Positions 34,982 to 44,843 of a stretch of 60,411 bases of DNA are shown piece after piece; within the stretch, counting starts at the first letter, position 1, and each line of letters begins with the position of its first letter. This stretch comes from a virus (lineage: Duplodnaviria > Caudoviricetes). Location of the stretch: the IMG/VR virus record IMGVR_UViG_3300036781_000814, positions 1-60,411 of that record, one strand, 5' to 3'. The notes below the pieces were generated by a model. It was given only the letters and a program-made list of their open reading frames with translations. It ran no database searches and was not told the DNA's origin. Both the position numbers and the translations under genes were made by a program.

Positions 34982-37900
34982 TTGCCAGGGCAAAATATTA
35001 TTCAATTAGGATTCGACATTGACACGCTCACCGCTGAAAAAAAGCAGGTGTTGGATATTGTCGCTGATCTTTTCGATAAGCTGGGGAAATACGATGGCGC
35101 TAAGTTTGATCCATTGAAAGGTGGCGGCCTTGGCGATTTCCGAAAGGCCATTCAGGACACCGGCAAGGCAATGGGGGAATATCAACAGACCGCAGAGAAA
35201 TACAACCAGACCATTACCGACCAGGTCACTAAGCATCAGGCCGCAAAGAAGGCAGTTGATGATCTCGGAGCATCTCAAAAAGCAAATGCCGGATCCGCGG
35301 ACTCGTATTCTACATCACAGGATAGGCTCCGGCGTCAAGCAACAGACCTTAAGGTGAGCATGGAAGACGTAGCTGCCTCGATCAGACGGGTAAGAGATGA
35401 ATACAATGAGGGAAAAATATCGATTTCGCAGTATAAAGAAAAGCTCGATCCCCTGCTTGCCCAACAGCTCTCCCTTAAAGTTGCAAACACAGATGTGACC
35501 AAGACTCTCACGGTGTTGGAAAAGCAATTCCAGGCGGTCGGAGGCTCAACAGCCCAACTTGAGGCCAGGCTTAAAGACCTGCAGCATGTTTATGATAATC
35601 TGTCCCCGGAGGGCAGGAATGCCGATGCGGGGAAGACACTTTTGAAAGAGATCCAGGATGTCGACGCTGCCTTTAAGGAACTTAAAGGCGACACCGGCCG
35701 CTTCCAGGACAATGTAGGTAATTATGCCGGAGCACTAGCTCCGGGATTCGCCGCATTAAGGGGGCAGCTTGAGGAAGTCAATAAGCAGATGGCGGAGATA
35801 GAAGCCCGGGGAAAGCCTGGGGTGACCAACCTGAACCCAGTCGGCTTTGATAGGGATCGGCATAAATCAAATACCGGTCCGACGGCCTTTGCCGGGGGGA
35901 GCTCCGAGACTTCCAGCATATTGGAAACAGACTCTGCTGCTTATCAAAAACTGACCCTTCAACAAAAGATACTCGAAGGATCACTGGAGAGACAAAGGAT
36001 CGGATTCGCGAACTCAAATCAGGAGATGAGAAACGCCAAAGCGACATTGGATTCGTTGGCGTTGGCAGGCGCAAACAACACGGAGGGGTTTGAAAAGATG
36101 AATTTGGCGTATACATCTGCTGAGCAGAAAATAAAGGATTTGCACCAGGAGCAAACAATCTTAAGCTCTGACGCTCCGGCTTTGACTGCATTGACCGGAA
36201 TAGCAAAAGGTTTAGGAGGCGCTTATGCACTTGGGGCTGGCGCCGCTGGTCTATTTGCAGATGGAGACGAAAAGCTTGAAAAAGAGCTGAACAAACTTGT
36301 GGCAGTCATGACCTTTTTACAGGGTCTTGAGGAGGCCAGCAAAGCCCTGAAGGACAGAAACGCGCTATCGACTGCCCTGGAAGAATCGGCAACAAAAGCC
36401 CTAAATGTTGTTAAAGAGCTCGAAGTAAAGTGGTTTGGCAAAGAAAAAACTGTTTTGCAGGAAAATATTGCAGCGAAAGCAGCTGATACTGGGGCGACAG
36501 AAGTTAATACAGAGGCAGCAGCGCTTAATACTACAGCTGTGGAAGGTATGACTGTCGCCAATGAAGAAGCGGCTGCCGCCACCCTTGAGCTCAGCACAGC
36601 TCTTTTGGCTACCGGCCTTGGAGCGGCTATCCTGGCAATAGGCGTAGGGGTTGGCTTCCTGGTTGAACATCTAATTGAGCTTTCTGAAGCTGACACGAAG
36701 GCCGCGCAACGATCGGCTGACCTGGCTGAATCCTTGGAAAAAACCAATGAGATCATGTTGGAGCAAATAAAGCTGTCAGACGAATCGGCTGAAAACCAGA
36801 GGAAAAACCTCGAAAACGCGATCACTCTGGCTGAGAAAAATAAACAAAATGAGACCGATCTATTAAAAATAAGGCAGGACCAGTCCGATCTGGATCGGAA
36901 AAAGGCTGAGGATGATCTTAAAAAATTAGCGAAAACCGGTGACTTGGGCGATGCGTATAAGATTGTGCAGGGCAAGGTAGACGCCGCAACAAAATCCGTA
37001 GACTCCCTGGGGAAAAAACAAATCGAACTCAACGGTATTGCCGACATATATAAGAAGGTGAGTGACCCTACGGCCGATTATACTCTTTCGCAAGCTCGCT
37101 TTGACGTTTATGCTAAGTATAAAAAGAACATCACCGAGGAAGATCTGAAGGATCAGCTTGAGGCGGCGGAAAAAGAAAAGACCGCAACAAAAAAGTTTCT
37201 GGAGGATAGCAAGGTGCTCCTCGATGCGTATGACAAATCAAATATCGATGCAACTGGCGTCAGTATTGACGAGAAGCAACATGCAGATGAAGAACTAAGA
37301 AAAATTACCCTTGATACTGCCATCCAGGAGGCCAATGCCACTAAGGCGAAAAACGAGCTGATCCTGAACGATGATCGCAGTACTTTGGCCCAAAGGCTGG
37401 CCGCCATCCGATCCAATGGCGAGGAGGAAATAAAAATTGCCGCCGCCACCAGGAACGACGCCTTAAAACGACCCGGAGCTATAGCTGCCAACGGAGATAA
37501 GTCGGCAGACGCAGTGATAGCGGAAAACGATTACCAGAAAAGGAGGGTAGAAATATCTGATTCAACCGAACAGAAAATGTTCCAGACGACGGTTGAGTAT
37601 AACGATAAGCGACTGTCCTTCCTCAACGATATACTTAAGAATGAGATCGAGACGGACGCTGCGGCTCAAAAAGCCATTACTGATAACGGACAGAAAGAGC
37701 TGGAAGATCGTCTTGGCGCCCTGCAGGCGAATATTGCCGATCGTGCGAAATTGATCGCTGCTGATTACCAGCTACAGATCACCCTGGCCAAAGAACACAA
37801 TAAAACCCAGGAAGAGCTGGATAAGATCGAAAGTAATCGGCAGAAGGCATTGGCGGAACTGGCCCAGACCACACAAAAAGAGATATACGATATCGTTGTC

Positions 37901-39223
37901 AGTTGGGGCGAAAAAAGGGTAAAAGCCATTGAGGAATTAAACAAAACCGGAACCGCCTCTAACACCACTGCTGAGAATTATAACAAGGAGGAAGATGCAC
38001 TAAACCAATCCTTAATCCATAGAGATACCTCATATACGAGGTATCTGACCGAAAAAAAACTGGCCGACCAGCAGTATGCTGTCGATAAAGCCAAGGCAGA
38101 TATTAAAGACGACGAGGACGCGCTGAAGAGGCTAAAAGACTTCCAGGATAGTGAGCTTAAGGTAAAATTGGACGCTGCACAGTTTGCTCTCGACGCTGCC
38201 AAGGGGGAGGGCAATGACGACGAAATAGCAAATGCTCAGGCTAAGGTTGATGCCTTGAAGGCAATAGAAACTAAAGCCAATGCCGATACGGTGGCTGCTA
38301 CAGCGAAATTAGAAAAGGATAAAACTGCCCTTCATCAGGCTCAGGTGAAGCCAATTGAAGAAGCTGATGCACTTCTATATTCTCGCCAGCAGGAGTTACA
38401 AAAAGCAACCTACGATTTCGCGAAAGATCTCGTCGATTCTTCTTATGAGAATGAGATCAATAAAATCCAGGCGAAGATGGATCTGCAGGACCAGGCCTCC
38501 GCAGAACAGATTGCAGCCATTCAGCGTTCCTCGCTGAGTCAGCAGAACCAGGCGGCCGAAGTGACCATCCTCAGCGCTCAGCAGCGGGCTCGCGACACTC
38601 AGTATAAGCTCGAGCAAAAGAAAGATAAGATCGCCGAGGCTAAGTTCGACCGGGACGTTGCTGTTGCCCAGGTTGTATGGAACACCGCGAAGGCCATTAT
38701 GAAGGATACAGCAGGTATTCCTTTTCCCCTATCACTGGCGATCGCCGCTACCGATGCAGCCCTCGGCGCCGTCCAGGTTGCCACCATCCTGGCAAAGCCC
38801 ATCCCAGCATACGCCGAGGGTGTCGGTATACCTGGTAGAGGTCGCCACCCGGGCGGAGAAGCATTAGTGGGTGAGGAATACAGACCGGAACTGGTCACGC
38901 CACGTGGCGGCCGGCCTTTCATCGTGGACCAACCGACGTTACTGAACCTGCCGGCTGACTCCATGGTCCAGCCATTGGACATCTCCAACATGGTCTTCGA
39001 GCTGGCGGGTATCGGTATGATGCGGGGCGCGATGATGATCAATTCTCACGGCGAGCTGCAGGATAACCGGGTAGAGGCAGCCATTCAGGCCCAAACAGCG
39101 CAGCTTTCCCGGGTATTCCGCAAGAACCAGCGGAAAATCCTAAATGTCGTCCACATCCACAATGAAATGAATGGCCTCTCGGTCGATTACATCAACACTA
39201 AAATACTGGGTAAGAAAAGATAA
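34982..39223 (+). CDS. Tape measure protein
   Basis: 1413 aa, coiled-coil/Ala-rich, FQDNVGNYA, hydrophobic segments, C-terminal AYAEG..HPGG.ALVGE..PELV; TTG start. Confidence 0.9.
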   Translation: MPGQNIIQLGFDIDTLTAEKKQVLDIVADLFDKLGKYDGAKFDPLKGGGLGDFRKAIQDTGKAMGEYQQTAEKYNQTITDQVTKHQAAKKAVDDLGASQKANAGSADSYSTSQDRLRRQATDLKVSMEDVAASIRRVRDEYNEGKISISQYKEKLDPLLAQQLSLKVANTDVTKTLTVLEKQFQAVGGSTAQLEARLKDLQHVYDNLSPEGRNADAGKTLLKEIQDVDAAFKELKGDTGRFQDNVGNYAGALAPGFAALRGQLEEVNKQMAEIEARGKPGVTNLNPVGFDRDRHKSNTGPTAFAGGSSETSSILETDSAAYQKLTLQQKILEGSLERQRIGFANSNQEMRNAKATLDSLALAGANNTEGFEKMNLAYTSAEQKIKDLHQEQTILSSDAPALTALTGIAKGLGGAYALGAGAAGLFADGDEKLEKELNKLVAVMTFLQGLEEASKALKDRNALSTALEESATKALNVVKELEVKWFGKEKTVLQENIAAKAADTGATEVNTEAAALNTTAVEGMTVANEEAAAATLELSTALLATGLGAAILAIGVGVGFLVEHLIELSEADTKAAQRSADLAESLEKTNEIMLEQIKLSDESAENQRKNLENAITLAEKNKQNETDLLKIRQDQSDLDRKKAEDDLKKLAKTGDLGDAYKIVQGKVDAATKSVDSLGKKQIELNGIADIYKKVSDPTADYTLSQARFDVYAKYKKNITEEDLKDQLEAAEKEKTATKKFLEDSKVLLDAYDKSNIDATGVSIDEKQHADEELRKITLDTAIQEANATKAKNELILNDDRSTLAQRLAAIRSNGEEEIKIAAATRNDALKRPGAIAANGDKSADAVIAENDYQKRRVEISDSTEQKMFQTTVEYNDKRLSFLNDILKNEIETDAAAQKAITDNGQKELEDRLGALQANIADRAKLIAADYQLQITLAKEHNKTQEELDKIESNRQKALAELAQTTQKEIYDIVVSWGEKRVKAIEELNKTGTASNTTAENYNKEEDALNQSLIHRDTSYTRYLTEKKLADQQYAVDKAKADIKDDEDALKRLKDFQDSELKVKLDAAQFALDAAKGEGNDDEIANAQAKVDALKAIETKANADTVAATAKLEKDKTALHQAQVKPIEEADALLYSRQQELQKATYDFAKDLVDSSYENEINKIQAKMDLQDQASAEQIAAIQRSSLSQQNQAAEVTILSAQQRARDTQYKLEQKKDKIAEAKFDRDVAVAQVVWNTAKAIMKDTAGIPFPLSLAIAATDAALGAVQVATILAKPIPAYAEGVGIPGRGRHPGGEALVGEEYRPELVTPRGGRPFIVDQPTLLNLPADSMVQPLDISNMVFELAGIGMMRGAMMINSHGELQDNRVEAAIQAQTAQLSRVFRKNQRKILNVVHIHNEMNGLSVDYINTKILGKKR

Positions 39224-42200
39224 TGGGACCGGTATCAACCAAGAAGCTGATGTTTTTACTGGCTGACGACCAGGACAGGACGTACTATGTCGATCGCGGT
39301 ACCGTCAAAAAGAGGTCCATCCCCACCTGGGTGAAGAAGAACCCCAGCGGCTGGAAGGACATCACTTTGCAGTTTGCCACCAACCAGAAATATTTTGCGA
39401 CACTGCGATCTTTCTCTAATGCGATAAAATTTATTGATGACGGCGAGCTGATCATAGCGGACCGCATGCTCAATGGCGCTGGAACGGAGGAGATCATGTA
39501 CCTGATCATTCTCCGATGGGATCCTACTGGCGGCCTGAACAACTATAAGCTGGAATACAAAAGCCGCCTGGACTTCAGCCAGTTTAATGGTGACGTTCGC
39601 ACGGGCGTTGGGATCAACACGTTACAGGACGATGTCTTTGCGCTCGTTCAGGCGAATGAGGACGCGATATATTCGGTTCAGTGCAATTCCAGCAACCCTA
39701 AAGCTATTCCGGTATTGTTCGACGGGATCTTGCTGCAGGACAAGCTGAACTACTCCCTGCTGAATTCACCCATCGTCAATGACACCGGGAAGTTTTGGTG
39801 GGCTATCCCGCTGGTTTTTGTAAATAATGAGGGCGACAACATCGATACGGTCTTCAACTCCCAGGAGTTTGCCAATTTCGACAACCCCATCACCTATTGC
39901 CATGATCCCGCGAACGGGAATAGTGCATTGTACTTTACAAACCCTACCAAGGTAGTTATAAAAGGCACTTTTTCTTTTACCTGGACGACTCTGACCCAGC
40001 CATCGGGCGGGTTCATCGCGCTTTTCATGACCAGCCTGGACGCCGCACCTGATCCCGCCAAAGTAGTTTTTTCAAATAATGGACTCGGCACCCCGGCTTT
40101 TCCGCTAGTCCCTGGAAAAGAGTATTCTGTCACCATTAACATGACGATCAACCTGCAGGCGAATGAGAAGCTGTTCTTTATCGGAAATATCGCGGATAAC
40201 ATTGCCAGGAAGATGACGATCACCCCGCTGGCGTCTATTGTCTCCATTATGTTTGCCAGCAAGAACGATCCATCTATCGCGTATGTGCTTCGGCCGCTGG
40301 ATCTCGTGCAGGACCTCGTCTCACAGATCACCACCGGTAAATACACAGTTCAGAGCAACTTCCTGGCCAGCAACAACCGGAAGGTGGCGCTGAGTGGTAG
40401 TAGTTTGAGGTCCTTCCCGGATGCTGTAATACAAACCAGCTTTTCGGATTTCTTTCAATCCTACACCGCAGCCTATAACTTGGGCATTGCCGTCCGTAAC
40501 GGTGTGATGTGGATCGAGCCGGTAGAAGACCTTTACCGGGCGCGGAACGAGCTGCTGCGACTGGCGCGGATCAGCAAGGTATCGCTTACTGTCGCAAAGG
40601 AGTACATCTACACCTCGGCAAAAGTGGGCTATGTCAAGCAGACCTATAACCAGCGGAACGGCCGCTATGAGTTTAATTGCACGCATAACTATAAATTCCC
40701 GATATATACGGTCCTGAATCAGCTCAACCTGGTGTCCCCATACCGAGCCGACTCGTTCGGCATGGAATTCATCCGGACTGGCTATCCCAACCTTAACTCG
40801 ACCGACGACAAAGGAGACGCAGATGTTTTTGTTGCCATGATTTCGGACTCGGTCGGCCAGACCGACGGTGAGGTTAGCACAGCCGTCGTGATAAACGTCG
40901 AGACGCTGATCCTGGCCGCGCCGATCATCAAAAGCCCGTTCACCAACTCCACCGTATATAATCAAAACCCGACCATAGCCGGGGTCGCACAGGCCTTTAA
41001 GACGATCACGGTATTTGTCCAGGGCGTGCAGGATGGGACGACGATGTCCGACGAGAACGGAAATTGGTCTTACCAGATCCAGACGCCGCTCCAAAGTGTC
41101 TCTCTGGTTTATAACGGCATCCACACAATCTCCGCCAATGCGACCGATGGGGGAAACGTATCTCAGTTCAGCAACCTTATTTCCATTGTCGTCAACACCA
41201 GCCAGCAATCCGCCTTCCTGATCACCTCGCCGACGAATAACGGAACGCTATATAACAATCTGCCCATCATAACAGGGATTGCCCCGGCTGGTCAGGCCAT
41301 CACTTTGAAACTGGATGGCGGAGCGCTGGTAACACTGGTGACAAATAGCTCAGGTATCTGGAAATACCAAATTATTACAGCATTGGCCGATGGTGCGCAC
41401 GTCCTCATAGCGTCTTCCCCAGGCTTGCCGGATGCGCCGGCTGTTTCGATCACAGTGAACAAGAATGTTTCGTCTCCCCTGATCACATCCCTTGCTTATG
41501 GGGATATTCTTTATAATAACAGGCCGCTAATCAAGGGGGTAGCCATTTCCGGAACAGTTGTTCCTATCTATCTGGATGGCGGCGGTGGGATTATAACTGG
41601 CGGAGTCGCCGCTCCTTTGGGGACGGTCGTCGCCGACGTAAATGGCGACTGGTCTTTTCACGTGACAACGGTTTTCGATTCCAATAATCTGGAAACGGAC
41701 TTTATCCCTGAAGGGCAGCATGTGTTTAGCACCACACCCACCCCGGTCAATGTCCTGGCATCGATCACTGGCTACCGGTTGATGCGCGGATCCGATAAGG
41801 GGCCAGTGATGGACTATGACGCGATCAAGCTGGACGATGCCTATATCCCACCAGGTGTAGATCCATCGGCATTACCTCCAACGCTGGGCCAGTTTTTGCA
41901 TCCGGAAACGCTTTACAATATTGAAGAGACCACCGCGCTGCGCATGCTCCGGGCGCACGATAATGTCCTAAACAGTTTTCTTCTTCAGCAGCCGGCTGCG
42001 CAGATCGCCTTCAATGGTGCTGAGATCAATGCCAACCTGGTCACGAAGAAGAGTGGTATAATCTTCAATGAAGGAGCGAACGTCAATGTCAATGAGCTAT
42101 CGCAAAACCTCTTCGTACCCTTCTATCTCAACTTCACCACAAAGGTGCCCTTCACATTCAATGATATTATGACGGCGGCACAAAATGGGGGTTATTTCCC

Positions 42201-43296
42201 CGTGGAAGTCAACGGCCTCGAGATCGATCTGCTCCCGATCGGGACGATGACTATGAAGCCGGCTACTGATGAGGCACAGGCCTGGAAGCTATTAATCTCC
42301 GGTACTACAGCTTTATCCACCCTGCTGAAGCTGTTCGCCGGAGGCACCACCATAAATCTCGGTAAGAATATGATCTACTTCTCGGACAAAAACCCTATCC
42401 ATATCGTCCGGTACAATTTTACACCGGCAGCTGGATATCATTTCGCCGACATCTACGATGATTGGCAAAAGAACCGTTTTAAGAGTTGGCCTATGGCCCA
42501 CCCAGATTATTATCAGCCGGTGCAAATGGATGATAATACGGCCATCCAGGCGATCGCCAACGGCGTGGGAGCTGCGGAGCTGCACATTATATCGATAGAA
42601 ACAGGCGAGGCAGTCGATATTGTCCAGCTGGCGCCGGTCGGCGGATCACTTGTACAATTACCCAATATATTACTGGAGGCCGATATTGAATGGGCTACTT
42701 ATCCGGAAGGGCAGTATTGGATAGCCGTCATTGTCGATGGGGCGATCATCGGTATCTCCGAAAAGCTCTGGGTCAAAGTCGACTGGGACGACACGCTCAA
42801 AGTGGAATTCGACGAATCAGAGGACAAGATCGACTACTATTTCTCCACCGGCATTCGGTCCATGATCAGGGTCCAGGGACAAATGCTGCTTTGGGTTCCC
42901 GACAGTGAGGTGGACAACTACGAGGACGAGGAAGGCGATTACGAGATTACCCGAGGGATACCGCTGAAAGTTCGAAATATCCAGTTTGGTAATGATAAGA
43001 GCCTTCTTTCCGACTGGATGAGCCTGAAGATGAACACGATCACCTTATTGGAAAACGTCCGGATAGAAAACACCCACTATACCAGGAACGAAAACAGCAA
43101 ATGGGAAGCCCAGGATCTTGGAAAGGGGATCCCTGAAGTGCTGATCCTGATGGAAATGATACTGGCCGAGAATCAGGCCGGGGTAACATTCGCAACCCCA
43201 GGGGACTCCGATATCAATTCGGTAACCTGGACGCTTGACGCGACCGCATTTGGTCGTAACTCCGGCGTAATTAACGTAACAGCAGATCAAACCTAA
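39223..43296 (+). CDS. Tail tip/hub protein with three bacterial Ig-like repeats
   Basis: Follows the tape measure gene; SPYRAD.FG.EF motif; three P.I.G.A..G..V...G.W...L.DG.H repeats at about 40918-41740. Confidence 0.75.
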   Translation: MGPVSTKKLMFLLADDQDRTYYVDRGTVKKRSIPTWVKKNPSGWKDITLQFATNQKYFATLRSFSNAIKFIDDGELIIADRMLNGAGTEEIMYLIILRWDPTGGLNNYKLEYKSRLDFSQFNGDVRTGVGINTLQDDVFALVQANEDAIYSVQCNSSNPKAIPVLFDGILLQDKLNYSLLNSPIVNDTGKFWWAIPLVFVNNEGDNIDTVFNSQEFANFDNPITYCHDPANGNSALYFTNPTKVVIKGTFSFTWTTLTQPSGGFIALFMTSLDAAPDPAKVVFSNNGLGTPAFPLVPGKEYSVTINMTINLQANEKLFFIGNIADNIARKMTITPLASIVSIMFASKNDPSIAYVLRPLDLVQDLVSQITTGKYTVQSNFLASNNRKVALSGSSLRSFPDAVIQTSFSDFFQSYTAAYNLGIAVRNGVMWIEPVEDLYRARNELLRLARISKVSLTVAKEYIYTSAKVGYVKQTYNQRNGRYEFNCTHNYKFPIYTVLNQLNLVSPYRADSFGMEFIRTGYPNLNSTDDKGDADVFVAMISDSVGQTDGEVSTAVVINVETLILAAPIIKSPFTNSTVYNQNPTIAGVAQAFKTITVFVQGVQDGTTMSDENGNWSYQIQTPLQSVSLVYNGIHTISANATDGGNVSQFSNLISIVVNTSQQSAFLITSPTNNGTLYNNLPIITGIAPAGQAITLKLDGGALVTLVTNSSGIWKYQIITALADGAHVLIASSPGLPDAPAVSITVNKNVSSPLITSLAYGDILYNNRPLIKGVAISGTVVPIYLDGGGGIITGGVAAPLGTVVADVNGDWSFHVTTVFDSNNLETDFIPEGQHVFSTTPTPVNVLASITGYRLMRGSDKGPVMDYDAIKLDDAYIPPGVDPSALPPTLGQFLHPETLYNIEETTALRMLRAHDNVLNSFLLQQPAAQIAFNGAEINANLVTKKSGIIFNEGANVNVNELSQNLFVPFYLNFTTKVPFTFNDIMTAAQNGGYFPVEVNGLEIDLLPIGTMTMKPATDEAQAWKLLISGTTALSTLLKLFAGGTTINLGKNMIYFSDKNPIHIVRYNFTPAAGYHFADIYDDWQKNRFKSWPMAHPDYYQPVQMDDNTAIQAIANGVGAAELHIISIETGEAVDIVQLAPVGGSLVQLPNILLEADIEWATYPEGQYWIAVIVDGAIIGISEKLWVKVDWDDTLKVEFDESEDKIDYYFSTGIRSMIRVQGQMLLWVPDSEVDNYEDEEGDYEITRGIPLKVRNIQFGNDKSLLSDWMSLKMNTITLLENVRIENTHYTRNENSKWEAQDLGKGIPEVLILMEMILAENQAGVTFATPGDSDINSVTWTLDATAFGRNSGVINVTADQT

Positions 43297-43301
43297 AATA
43301 A

Positions 43302-44753
43302 ATGGCAACTGTAGCACTTGAAATATGGACCGGGGCGTATAACACCATCGTCAACCCTATCGAGCTTAGAGTATATCGCGAGGATGATCCACTCGCAATA
43401 GTGGTTTCCCAACGACATCCGGCGCCGCATCTTGCTGACACCTGGTTTTTCCCGGGGCTGGATCGCACAAATTACGTGTTCCGGATCTTTGAGATGACCA
43501 ATATGGTGGACAATGACATCATCCGCCAGCTGGGCGATGATATGAACGTTGTCCCAGGGTCGGCAAGCGGAGTAGCGTATCGAGCGACCGAACAGATTGT
43601 CGCAGACGTGACCACTGGATTCTCTTCGGGGGTGAACACTGTTGTCTTCGACGGCACCGATGGAAGGGAGGACTGGAGGGGCTGGGATATCGCTACGTTG
43701 GATCGCATCGGCAGCGACTCAATGAAACGCGGAGTTGATTACTCCTATGATAAAGTCACCGGTACACTCACCCTGCTCGTTGACGGAGATCTATTCGGCC
43801 CCAACGAATGGTACAATGTGGACTTCCAGGTCCAAACGACTGACATCACCCAGTCAACACCTACGACATTCCCGCAATTCACAACTCCAAAGATCATTTC
43901 CGTCAACTACCTGATCAGCGCCGGTGGTGATTTCGGTGGATTGCTCATTGTTCGACCCGCCGACAACTACCTGGAGATTACCCTGCCCGATATCGCCACT
44001 GTCGTCGCTGGAAAATTGTTGACTATCGAAATGGCGCCCAGTCTGGACGTGCAAAAATGTGGGAAGCTGATTGCTGCCGCCGGACAACCCATCGACTGGC
44101 TGGCAGGAAATCGTTCAGATCTTTATTTTTGTCCTACCGACAGCTTCTCGGTTTATAAATTTATTGATACGACGGGCGCGGATCCAGTCAGCATGTGGAG
44201 AATATTCAATCCTTTTGGAAACTTTACCCGTGTAGGGGAGCAGGTTGTCGATGACAACATAGCCGCCAATGTGTTCAACAAGGTGCTCCTTGACGGCAGC
44301 GACGGAGATATTCAGCAATATGCCCGCTTCTATAATGACTACCTCCTGCAGCTCCCTGGCGCTGAACTGGTCAACTATGATGATTGGGGCACCGGTAACA
44401 ACAAGTACAAATTCTCCCTGGCCAATTCGTCAAACCCTGCGAATGCCGGGAAGTTCAAATTTGCCAATCGTTCCAACATATTTGAGAGAATCACCGATGG
44501 TGTTCGTAAGCCAGGGGATTTTCAAGCCCAAATGATTTTGCTGCACGATCATATCATGCACGGAAAGGGTGGCATCATCGGCGCTGGGTTGACATGGTTT
44601 TTATCGATCATCAATTCGGCATACTCGGGAGGTGGATCGCATAAGTTCGGTGGCAAATCAAATGGGCCAGATCCAAATATGCGTACAGGCGATACCGGTG
44701 GTTCGGAAAATATTCCGAATAATATAGCGGTAAGGAAATACTGTTTTGTATAA
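43302..44753 (+). CDS. Tail fibre/baseplate protein with collar-like and receptor-tip-like C-terminus
   Basis: GDFQAQMILLHDH...TGDTGGSENIPNNIAV; no signal peptide. Confidence 0.7.
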   Translation: MATVALEIWTGAYNTIVNPIELRVYREDDPLAIVVSQRHPAPHLADTWFFPGLDRTNYVFRIFEMTNMVDNDIIRQLGDDMNVVPGSASGVAYRATEQIVADVTTGFSSGVNTVVFDGTDGREDWRGWDIATLDRIGSDSMKRGVDYSYDKVTGTLTLLVDGDLFGPNEWYNVDFQVQTTDITQSTPTTFPQFTTPKIISVNYLISAGGDFGGLLIVRPADNYLEITLPDIATVVAGKLLTIEMAPSLDVQKCGKLIAAAGQPIDWLAGNRSDLYFCPTDSFSVYKFIDTTGADPVSMWRIFNPFGNFTRVGEQVVDDNIAANVFNKVLLDGSDGDIQQYARFYNDYLLQLPGAELVNYDDWGTGNNKYKFSLANSSNPANAGKFKFANRSNIFERITDGVRKPGDFQAQMILLHDHIMHGKGGIIGAGLTWFLSIINSAYSGGGSHKFGGKSNGPDPNMRTGDTGGSENIPNNIAVRKYCFV

Positions 44754-44843
44754 AACGTCTTATTTTTATAGATAAAAGATTGCTGCTAAACAAATTAGTA
44801 AAAAGATAATTTGAATAAATAGCAATCTCAAATAACCAACAGC

